Part shown: positions 51,018 to 62,164 of the stretch, piece after piece
How positions within the stretch are numbered: position 1 is the first letter of the stretch
Layout of the letters: each line of letters begins with the position of its first letter
NCBI RefSeq assembly: GCF_021730395.1
Contig: NC_069372.1
Coordinates: forward strand, 64,284,221-64,348,220
From: Mercenaria mercenaria
Lineage: Eukaryota
DNA length: 64,000 bases
Reading direction: 5' to 3'
The notes under the pieces: generated by a model
Databases searched by the model: none
What the model was told of the DNA's origin: nothing
What the model saw: the letters and a program-made list of their open reading frames with translations, nothing else
Position numbers and translations under genes: made by a program

Positions 51018-54000
51018 AATTTCATAATAATAATTAATTGCATAGACAGAAACTAAAATGAAGCTAAATCATAGTGAAACTTCATTTTCCACAAAAATGT
51101 CAGTTAATAGTCACTATCTTTATAATCTGAGAGTTCTTGCATAATGTATCAGCAATGTCTGCTGGTTGACAATTTTGTTGCTGGTTCTTGTCGGTCCCAC
51201 CTGTCCTTTCCTTGCCATAGGCTATTTGTGCAACTCATAAAACTGTGCCCCTATTGAAAGTTCGAGGACAGATACGAACAATTTTACTATAAATATGACG
51301 TTGAAAATCCAATGTGTTTTGTTTGCTCTAACTTGACTTATTACGATCTGGGCAAATCACACAAAGCTCGATTCTCGTTCATAGTTTGAAAGGGCATGAG
51401 GCATTTCAAATATCTCCTGTCTATCTCGTTCTGTTATTATTTTTCTAAGTTAGGTTCTATGGTTCCAAATGATCTTCTTAAAGATTTTATCACTGATTTA
51501 AGTGTTATATTATGAATTGACAACAGTCAAACTTTTCGGACTGTTCTCTCTTTTACATTCGTATCTTTAACCGAGTTTGACAGTATATCTGTGTATGTCT
51601 TTTACGAAAGAAGAGTTCCGCTCAATTTCATTTCATTTTCGTTTCTTTTTGGACTCTGATAGTCGGCTTTTCTTTTGTGTGGCATAACTGCTATTGCACT
51701 GACATGCTCAACAGCGTCTCATTCGTATAGAGTTTTGCTTTTCCTTGGTCTAATAAGTTTAAAACAAGATTGCGTTTGGCTATTCTGTACTAAATTTTCA
51801 ACCAAGCTGTATCTGGTTCTATTGCATTATAATGTTTATCAAGTCTGATTGCCAGGTTATATATTTTGATAAGTATGTAAGAACCATTTTCCTCCCAGAT
51901 AGCATACATATCAATCTTCGCAACAGCTGCAAGGTAGCAATTTCCATTTGCAATAACTTTAAAATGTTTCTACTCAAGCTTTTCTAACGCTAACATAGCA
52001 ACGTGCAATTGACTGCAATGTTCTGCTGATTCGTATTGTCTTACCTGCACTGGCTAATTCTATGTCCATTTCCTTTATTTCCCTCATGTGCTGCAGTAGT
52101 TGTATAAGCTTTTTCGATCCCAGCACATCGCAAACACTTTCAGATTTCTTTTTTTTTTGTCTTTAGTGTTGTCGATTTACAAACCTTTTTTTCATTCCTC
52201 GTTGTCAATTTTTCTTAGATGATGGCAACGTACTTATTCCAGGGCTTTCAAATGCTTATAATCATAACAAAGCACTTAGAAGAATTGAAATCATGTCTGA
52301 GAGTGTTGGTCTGCGAACATTATCTTAAGTACTTGGTATGCCATGAAATCTCTTCTTCAGTTCTGAAATAGACCCAAAAGGTCGGGAGGACATATGGATA
52401 AAAGGTATGGGTAAATTTCCTGGAAGCACTCCAAACGGCCATAGAGCCATGCATCGCGACGTAGACCCGAAACAAAAAGAAAACTTTAATGGAAAAATAT
52501 AGTAGACGGGTTGATTAAAAAATCTAACAACAAGTACATTATGATTATATGCAAAATACAAAAAGTGTGTGTGGGTGGGTGGGGGCGCGGAAAGGGTTAG
52601 ACAAAAGGGTGGGATGTTGGGCGATAGGGGAGAAAGCAAGGATGAACATGCAACAGGGAAAGCCACGCCTCCCTACAACGTAAACCACAGTAGTACAAAC
52701 ACGAACTTAAAAATTAAACGCACACACAACTTACAGAGACAGACAAGCAAACAAACAAGCAAGAATAAACAACAGTGGGGAACCGACCAAGAGACACACA
52801 GACACATACACTAAAAGAGCTCAAACAGCAAAAAAAAGCCAGAAAAAGACAATACAGTGGCGCACCGCCCAGGGACGGCCGTCAGCCAAAAATATGGTGG
52901 GTCCGATAACGCACTCACAAGAAATGTAGAGGGGGTACAAATGCAAGGAGCGCGATGGGGGGTAGGGGGGAGAGAGAGAAAAGAAACCGCAACTACAAAC
53001 AAAACATACGCAACACAAGATTCGAGACAGACAAAAACACCGTTTTGAGACGGTCAGTAATCTGTATAAAGGAAACTAGGGATCTAAAGGCGTTTAGGGC
53101 ATGCCAACATCGCACTTACCCTATTTTTAACAAGTTAGACATGACAGTGTAAATAAAATAACTCCCCGCTGAGAAAGGCTATAACATAGTGGCAAAATAT
53201 CAGATCATATAGTGTAAAACATATAAATAGGGTCAATCTAGGGTATAATAACACTAATCATTTGCCAATGTACTCAACAACATGTCTGAAGTCAGAGCAC
53301 CAAGAGCCTAACCTTTAAGGCCACGACTAAGCAAGCTGCATAACAGGACTGACCAACGAAACAACTTGATTAAAATTTTACTGGACGGACAGACGGGCGG
53401 AAAGTGGTCACAATTCCTGATTTATTTAACCCAGGTTCCTTATTATATTGAATTGAAATCTATTTTGGTTGGCCATTAAAAGAAAAACCAGTTCAAAGTA
53501 CACAAATACTTCAATGTTCTTATAATATTTTACTGCATTTTATCAATGCTAATTAATTATCTGAAATACACTCAAAAAAGTAAAATCTGAATTATAAATT
53601 TAGTGAGAGGAAAGAAGGATAAAGGGAGAATTGACCAGCCTGGCGACAACAGGGAAACGTTACCTCGAGCGTCTGTATATCTGGCAAAAGTACATGGAGA
53701 AAATTCAGTATATATAGCAAAATGTTCCCGCCAAAATTAGAAAAATCATACTTTGCATGAAATACAACATACTGATAAAATTATCTGAAAAAGGGATGAT
53801 ATTATAAAAATATCTCTATACTGTATAAAATGACATAAGTTTCAAAAATGCCAAAGAATAAAATAGCTGTATGAGAGCTTATTGAACTGCCCTTCTTGTA
53901 TTTACTAATTCAAACAAGATGAAGAAAAGGATAAAAGCAAGATATCATGCTCTTTTCACTATAAAGATACTAATATAGGTAAAAAAGGTCCCAGCTGACT

Positions 54001-57000
54001 GAACATGAATTAGGCCAGACTTAAAAAATATCGTTGTTTTAGGCATTTAAACTGCATTGATAAGCTCAAAGTAACCTGATATGGTTATTTAATAAATGGT
54101 ATCAGGTACAGTAACACTGGTTAGTAATTGTTTCTGAAAATAAGCATTTCTGTTTAGTAACAGCTGCAAGACAAAATTCCAATCCCTCCGCCCGTTTTTT
54201 TTTGTATGATTTAGGAAAAAGCATCTCGGAGTCTTACACTTTATTAGTCATCGCACCATCAAATAGGAAATAATTAACTGTAGAGGGATCAAGATCTGGG
54301 GTAATTGTGCACCACAGTCGATGTGTACCAGGTCAAAATGTACCAATTATGACATATATATAAGGTTTATTACAGGTAGATGATTTAGTGTATAGTGGTT
54401 ATATAAATACGACCATTTAGTGGTATATAAACTGAGAATTGCTATTAAGAGTGCATGGTTATTAAAGTTCCAGTAGTCTGAATTAAATGGTAATGGTAAC
54501 GGTAATGTATATGATTTAACCTATTCTGGCTACCGACTAGATAATCTTTTTATTTTTTTTAATAATTTCTCTATATGTTCTGACCGATCTTTCTTGGCTC
54601 TGATTACACCAGTGTTTTGACACATTAAGATATGATGAATATATGTATCATACGTAACTGTTTAATAGTCTCTTAAAATTCTGTATATGGAATGGCCATA
54701 TACTTGTTGTAATATGATGCTTACTCTAAGTTAAAACAAGCACTGGTATATGTGGAAGCGACCTTTATAAATGTACAAAACGATTCACTGTCAATTTCTC
54801 AGCTTTTCTATAGGCATACAGACACTAAATAGGAAATGGCGCGAAAAAAATGGTAGTCGCATACAGTAATGAAGGATTAAAATAGTTCTCAGATTTTTAT
54901 GCTCTGTAGAGCTATTTTCCTTACACTTTCTTTGCAATGACATGACAGATCTATGCTTGACCAAAGAAGGATTTTTTTTTATAGCTCTTTAGCTTGACAT
55001 ATAGCTAGGAAGCATTTTCATGATGAAATAATAATATGACAGAATGTGTCATGGATACTTAGGTCGTATATCACCACTACAATTTGGTCTCATTTTTTAT
55101 CCGATTTTGAATTTTGTGTTTGACTGAAAATATTTTTCTTGCATTAAACATGACCCCCGCTTTTCTTGTGCTGCAGGTATTGGAAATATGTCAATTTTAT
55201 ATAGAATAAAAGAAGAACAGCTGTTTAGTGTGTTGTAACCTGTCATATTCGTACGGTACTGTACGTCAAGTAGGATGGAATATAGCATCACAAATAGGTG
55301 ATGTTTATCTTCCGGTTGAAGTCGAAAGAAGAATTTAATTATACTGGGTATACCAATTACCGTGAGTCTTAAATTCAGTGGACTCTATTTATAACAAAAT
55401 GATTGTTTGAAAGGATAATTTTTATTCTGTTTAATTAATTTATATTTTAGCTTAAGACTTTTGGCAAAAAATCGTCAAAACCCCAGGAAAAAGTTCCACT
55501 ACTGTCATTCAAAGAACAGAGGTGGAGAATTTTAGCATTTTCTGGCATATACCTATTACCGTGAATTTCAACTTTCAATCTAAAGAAGTTGTTAAATTGA
55601 TCTAAGACAAAGAAAGCATTTCTATTTTACAATGGGCCAAACTAAATATGAAAAAGATATGGCAGAAATAAGCAAGTTTAATGAAAATTTGTGGAGAAAA
55701 ATTGCAAAGATTAACCATAATGACCAGTCACTTAGCTAAATTCCTTAACTTCTGAGATCAGTGTGAAATAAAAAGAAAGACATTCCAATTTTCAAAAATA
55801 GTTTTGCTAAAAATCTGAGCACATTGAGCATTAATAATGAGAGAAAAATTGTAAAGCAATTTTCTTGTTAAGTGTCAAAACAGGACATTCGCGGTAATAT
55901 GTATATCCCGGTAATTGGTATATTCAGTATATCATTTCAAACTGTGTCTTTGTTAATCACATTATGTTGTAAACCCAACGGTTTACAAATGACAGTCGCA
56001 CTACTAAACATCCGTTTTGAAATCTGCGAACCGTGTGAAACAGTCCCAAACATTGAATTTAGTGGTGAATATTTCGTAATTTTGTTATCTGATGTCTGTG
56101 TCAGATGAGGACTCCGACTAGTCTTGAGTTTTATTCAAGCAAGCTAGTCCAACTTGTGGCATAATTATCACTTTCATTTCTGTCTGATGTAAATTTCAAA
56201 CTCTGTCTAATAACAGGCGTAATTGTTCATGATATACATATAGTCTAAATAATGAGACCTCGGGCAGACCGATTTTACATTTTGATATTTTACGTTGTCT
56301 ACCTAGAGGTCTCTACCAGAAACAATCAAAACTGTGGTGGAAACTGTGGTCAATTGAAATTACAATTTATCAGTAGTCACGATTTTTCTTTAGCCCTAAC
56401 TGCTTACCTGTTGTTTTAAATCATAAATAGTAAATAAAAACATAAGAACAGGACATATTTATCAAGAATTTCTGTTGTAAAAAATTTAAACCTCTAACGT
56501 TTAAATCGTCTTCATGTAATGGCGGTCGGAGGCGTGACCAATGAAAACGCTTCGTGTAGTAATGGGTTTACCGGTGATCGGCCATTTTCCAATATGTAGT
56601 ACACTCGTGTTAAACCGTGGCAATTTTTTAACTGCCATAGTTTGAATTTTTCTCAAGAAATCTCGGTAATATATACATCATTGAAAAGGAAAAATTACAG
56701 GCTTTCTGTGTATGTATTTCTTTTTTTTATCCGTTGCATTATTATAACATAATTCCCGCCCAACGGATTCCATTGGGTGTTACTTACGCAAAGAAGAGGA
56801 CAGTGCTACCACATTCTTTACCTTTTCTGGTTTGTACTCGGAGGCGGATATCGACAAGTCAAAATAATATAACGATATTCAACTCTCGAGTACAATTATT
56901 TGGACTAGATATACATAATAATTTCTTACATAAATTTGTTGCCAGGTTGCAACTTACAACTTAATACAAGATACAAGAATCTTTATTTTGAGTCGGTGTT

Positions 57001-57686
57001 TTAAACATATAACAGTAGCATTTTGCTATTTTCTGACTATTTTAATTGGAAGTGTCTGGCTGTCCTGTAACCGGACACCTAGCCTGAATTTTAGTCATCT
57101 GGTGAGGGGAGGCCCAAAGCCTATCCGCTAGGGTTTTCTAGGCCGTCCAGTAATCAATTCATTTTTGAATTATTTATTTTTCTGTTAAATATTGTGCGTA
57201 CGCTGCGCCACTTGTCATCGCCAAATGGCGATCATTTTACAAAAGAAAAAAATCGAAAAATGTCGAGAGAAATTGTGATTATTTTAGAATGAAGCTGCAT
57301 TGATTTTTCACACTGTAATTTTTATTTTCTCTGATCATTTTAATCACCATAAATTACGATAAAAAAAAACCCTGTTAAATTTAGATATTTCTTTTAGCTA
57401 ATTTGGGCATAATTTAAAACGAAACCTGTTGGCAGAAATTGAGGAATCTATACCAAACAAAACAGAGGCTGGTAAATTTCCACAGTGGTTTGGAAAAAAT
57501 ATGAATGGCGCACCAAAAAATTGCGTTGGTGGGCCTTTGGTGCGCCAAAAAATCTAACAATCAAACCCGAAAACGATCGCTTGTGTGCCGGTCTTCCACG
57601 GTAGATAGACATACCTTAAGGGGAGATCACTGCGACGGATTTGAAAAAATAACGTGTCGTGATAATTGCACCATCATTGTATCAAA

Positions 57687-57866
57687 ATGGCGACTGCAAC
57701 GTTCGGAAAAGCGATTCTGCATGAATTTTTCATTACTTCTGCCCCTAAGAAAATGAACCAGACTTTAGTTACACCGGGGAAAGATACAAATAACAATGAT
57801 AAATTGAACAAAAGCGACGATTCAACTATAAATTTAGATTTAATTTCATGGAATAAAATTTTGTCA
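57687..57866 (+). CDS. Candidate BRAP first coding exon (MATATFGKAILHEFFITSAPKKMNQTLVTPGKD...), tentative
   Basis: ATG in a good Kozak context (caaaATGG) about 500 bp upstream of the confirmed exon, on the same strand. No GT donor was found that gives the phase required by the exon at 58197, so the linkage is unproven. Confidence 0.2.
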
Positions 57867-58196
57867 GTATTTCATTTATAATTTTGAAAAATTATGGCAA
57901 ACAATGGATTACAGGCTTGACAGGTGGAGGTGGGGGATGTTAGTTTCACTTTTGCCTATCGTTCATTGGTAATTCCATTACTGAACAAGTGCTTTGTGAG
58001 TGAGAATCGACAGTTGTTGCCGGAAATTGTCAAAGGTAGTGCTAAGATTCACTGGAGATTTAAAAATCAAATCTATTAACTCAATGAATATGAACTTGAA
58101 GAACAATTATTTTAATACAGGTACAAAGTAAAACACAACCGACCTCGACCAGAACTAATGCTGTAATTTAAATAGTGATTATATATCATATTTCAG

Positions 58197-58370
58197 CAAA
58201 AGGTTTGATAGTGCCTGCAGACAAGTCCGCTGGCAGGGCAAGCTACGCCTCTGTTGTTCAAGAAGACACACCACCACCTACACCTGACGAGGAGAGAGAA
58301 CTGGGTTTGAACGATTACCGTGGCTGTCGGAAACCACATGACATACAGATTGAGACTTACAACTGTAAAG
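58197..58370 (+). CDS. BRAP: BRAP/IMP-like gene, internal N-terminal exon (..KGLIVPADKSAGRASYASVVQEDTPPPTPDEERELGLNDYRGCRKPHDIQIETYNCK)
   Basis: Acceptor tttcag at 58191-58196, donor GTGTTT at 58371. Its phase joins exactly onto the exon at 60768. The family assignment comes from the next exon. Confidence 0.45.
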
Positions 58371-58479
58371 GTGTTTAAATTTTAGAACAAATCTTTATAA
58401 TTTTTACAGAATATCCTCTTGTAACCCTTGGAAGAAGTGGGAATGTAACTATTGTTTTGATCTGTTGGTCAGTTCATCC

Positions 58480-59560
58480 ATTGGTAGACACTGGTTTCCG
58501 ATTAAAAAAAAGAACACTTTGGCCGATAGTAGTCAGACTTCATAGGTGATAGAATGGTTGCAGGTTGTCAATGGATGACCCCAATTGCTTTGCGTGTCAG
58601 TACATATAGGTCAATAGTCCAGGTCACAAATTTTGAGACTGAAAATTGTCTCTGATCAATATCAGGAGAAAGTTGTTGTTTGGTCTTACAGTATAGCTGC
58701 CAAACTTCATGGGATGGTTGTGTATTGTCACTTGATGACGCCTAAAGCTTTTGGTCAAGGTCACAGTAACTTCTAGACTAAAAACAGTTTCAGGTTGTTA
58801 ACAAGAGAATGTATTGTCCTAGGATTGTAAAATTTCAAAGAATGACAGTAGGTGATTCCTACTCATTTGGGGGTCAGTAGGTCAAGGTCACGATGACCTT
58901 GATACTGTAAATGGTTTTCTGTGACAGTGTCAATACCTTGAGAATGCAAAGGCCTATGTCTGAATTTGTCAGTCATGGTAATAAAATGATAATTTTATGT
59001 GGTCATTAGATGAGTCTAATTGCTTTGTGGTTGGTCAAAGGACAAGGTCACAGGGGTCTTGAGACTGAAATGATCTGGAGAATGCTTGGGCCAATGGTAG
59101 TCAAACTTGGTAATAAATGATGATTTTGTGTGGAAACAGTTTCTTATTAATACTGGAGAAAACTTGGACTTACAGTAGTCAAATTTCAAAGGATAATTGC
59201 ATGTGGTCACTAGATGACTTCTTTGCATTTGAGATAAGGAGGTCAAATGTCAAGGTCACAGTGACATTGAAACTAAATTCGAAGTTTGACCAATAGCTTG
59301 AGAAAGTCAGTCAAACTATCTTCATGGTGTCATTATAGATAACCTGTGTAATTTTTCAAGTCAGAAGCCTGAAGGTCAAGTTCCTAGTGACTAAAATGGC
59401 TCAAGAATGCTTGAGTCTTTGGCCATCAAGCTTTTTGTCATGAAATTCTGTGGAAAGGGGACCATTAGGTGAAAGATGAAGTCACAGAATACTTGAGACT
59501 GAAAATTGCACACCCTGTTACCTGACAGTTCATCATTGTGGGCAGACATGTGTTACAGAC
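58480..59560. repeat. Degenerate satellite-like array (about 6 units of 160-175 bp) related to the ggtcaaggtcacag-containing monomers
   Basis: Recurring ..gg.caaggtcacag(g/t)..cttgagactgaaa.. at about 58610, 58750, 58880, 59040, 59240 and 59480. Lies between BRAP exons. Confidence 0.4.
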
Positions 59561-59597
59561 AACACTGTTAAACCTACCTTAAAATTAACCATCATTT

Positions 59598-60640
59598 TTA
59601 GCTCATCTGATTTTTTGAAAAAAAATGATGAGTTATTGTCATCACTTGATCGGCGTCGGCATCGGCGTTGCCTGGTTAAGTTTTATGTTTAGGTCAGCTT
59701 TTCTCCTAAACTATCAAAGTTATTGCTTTGAAACTTGGAACACTTGTTCACCATCATAAGCTGACCCTGTACAGCAAGAAACATAACTCTATCCTGCTTT
59801 TTGCAAGATTTATGGCCCCTTTTGTACTTAGAAAATATCAGATTTCTTGGTTAAGTTTTATGTTTAGGTCAACTTTTCTCCTAAACTATCAAAGCTATTG
59901 CTTTGAAACTTGCAACACTTGTTCACCATCATAAGCTAACACTGTACATCAAGAAACATAACTCCATCCTGCTTTTTGCAAGAATTATTGCCCCTTTTGG
60001 ACTTAGAAAATCAGTTTTCTTGGTTGAGTATTATGTTTAAGTCAGCTTTTCTCATAAACTATCAAAGCTATTGCTTTAAAACTTGCAACAGTTTTTCACC
60101 ATCATAAGCGGATGCTGTACATCACTTGTTCACCATCATAAGCTGACCCTGTACAGCAAGAAACATAACTCCATCCTGCTTTTTGCAAGATTTATGGCCC
60201 CTTTTGTACTTAGAAAATATCAGATTTCTTGGTTAAGTTTTATGTTTAGGTCAACTTTTCTCCTAAACTATCAAAGCTATTGCTTTGAAACTTGCAACAC
60301 TTTTTCACCATCATAAGCTAACACTGTACATCAAGAAACATAACTCCATCCTGCTTTTTGCAAGAATTATGGCCCCTTTTGGACTTAGAAAATCAGTTTT
60401 CTTGGTTGAGTATTATGTTTAAGTCAGCTTTTCTCATAAACTATCAAAGCTATTGCTTTGAAACTTGCAGCTGTTGTTCATCATCATAAGTTGACTCTGC
60501 ACATCAAGAAACATAACTCCATCCTGCTTTTTGCAAGAATTATGGCCCTTTTTGGACTTAAAAAATCATAGGTAGGACAACTTTTCTATTATACAAAAAA
60601 ATCAGATGAGCGTCAGCACCCGCAAGGCGATGCTCTTGTT
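59598..60640. mobile_element. TIR-bounded non-autonomous element (TIR GCTCATCTGATTTTTT / AAAAAATCAGATGAGC) carrying about 5 copies of a roughly 175-bp tandem unit
   Basis: Left end tttagctcatctgatttttt at 59598-59620 and right end aaaaaatcagatgagcgtc at 60598-60618. Units repeat ..cttggttaagttttatgtttaggtca..ctatcaaagctattgctttgaaacttgcaac... Confidence 0.45.
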
Positions 60641-60767
60641 TAAAATAGGTTTTTTGGGTAGCAGAAAGCAGACTCTCAGATTTGACAGCATTGTATGTGG
60701 TTGAAATATATAATCATATATTCACAGTCTGTTGAAAATTAAGCCATATAATCTTTTCTATTTTTAG

Positions 60768-61113
60768 ATTTTGACCTCTCTGGAATAGAAGCGTTTTTGG
60801 AAGGAAGTCCTATTTCAATGACCTCTAACTTTGAATCAGAGGTCGATGTTGGTGAATTAAAGAGTGGCACAAGGGAGTCATCCATTAAAGAAAATGATAC
60901 CCATAAACTAGATGACATTGACCAGGAACACAAAGAACTGACACAGAATGCTGTAGCTGACTTTGAGAATGTCTGTGACAAGCAGATGTATGATAGTGGT
61001 GTAAGACCTAAATCTCAGAGCCCTACACCCAAAGGATTATCTGCAATTCACTTCTATTCTGGTAACCCTACTGTGGAGAAGGTGAAGGGAATTCTACATA
61101 TTTACAAGGATAA
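60768..61113 (+). CDS. BRAP: BRAP (BRCA1-associated protein / IMP E3 ligase)-like exon containing the start of the BRAP2 domain (..SAIHFYSGNPTVEKVKGILHIYKDK)
   Basis: ORF 60797-61117 (plus). Acceptor tttttag at 60761-60767, donor GTGAGT at 61114-61119. The motif HFYSGNPTVEKVKGILHIYK corresponds to human BRAP ISFFSGNPSVEIVHGIMHLYK. The gene continues beyond the window end. Confidence 0.55.
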
Positions 61114-62164
61114 GTGAGTAAAACTTGTAAATATATCTGCAAAAAGTTGATTTCATTTATTCAGTGTTCCCATTCACGTACTTGTTTATGTAAAACAATT
61201 ATGCAAATCACTGAAAAAACATACAGATTTTAAAACTAAGTGTTCTGCATGAACTGCTTAAATTTTTCGGTACCTTGTCTGAATAATAAATAAAGAAGTT
61301 AACTCTGAAATAGCTTAATTTCTTTATTTTAATTTCAACTGAAGCTAAATAAAGGGTTATATCTGTGATTCCAAACAATTTTATTTTATGCTTGCACCCC
61401 CAATTTTCACAGAAAACCCCCAAAATTTAAAATTGGTCAGTCATAGGGGGTGCAAAAAAGCCCTCAGAGAAAAAAAGGGAACACTTACTATTGAGGCATA
61501 TGGTATTACAAGTATTGAATTCTATTATATATACACACATATGGCTCACAAGTAGTAAACTGTATTTATGGCTCACAAGTAGTAAACTGTATTTTATAGA
61601 CACCGTCTTATAAATAGTAAATTTTATTATAAATGAAACAAAGTCAGTAGCTATGCCTTTGGATTGCAAGTGGGAATGTTTGATTTTAAATAGCAATGGC
61701 ATTTTAACTTTCTATAGTTTCAAAGTTTGTCTAAAATCTCAGTATCCTAGATAAAGTAGTGATTGTCAGTATGCTGAGAAGATGTTAGGTTGTCATTAAC
61801 CATTTTAGAATACTGTGAAATCATAGTGTTCATAAAAAAATCATGGTTTTTGCCAAAATGGATATCCCTCAGGGATACAAATTCTTGATTACAATTTTTG
61901 AACATAAAATATTGTTTGTTTGGATTTAATTCTGTGGATTGAACTGAAATCCATGAGTAATTTTGTCCACCATAAAATTGTAATGTTATTTTAAAATGAA
62001 ATTATTTTACAACAATAATAATTGTTACAAAAATATACAAATAAACAAAAGTACAGTCAGTAGTAGCTGAAAGTTTCAATTTTGTGAATACTTTAAAACA
62101 TTACAGATATTTAAAATAAAATTTACTTTGGTAATATTGTGGTGCTATGCTACTAAACAAATTA

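Noticed and set aside
52325-53152. ORFs of 63-113 aa on both strands
   Set aside because: They sit inside the T-depleted low-complexity tract, where stop codons are rare by composition.
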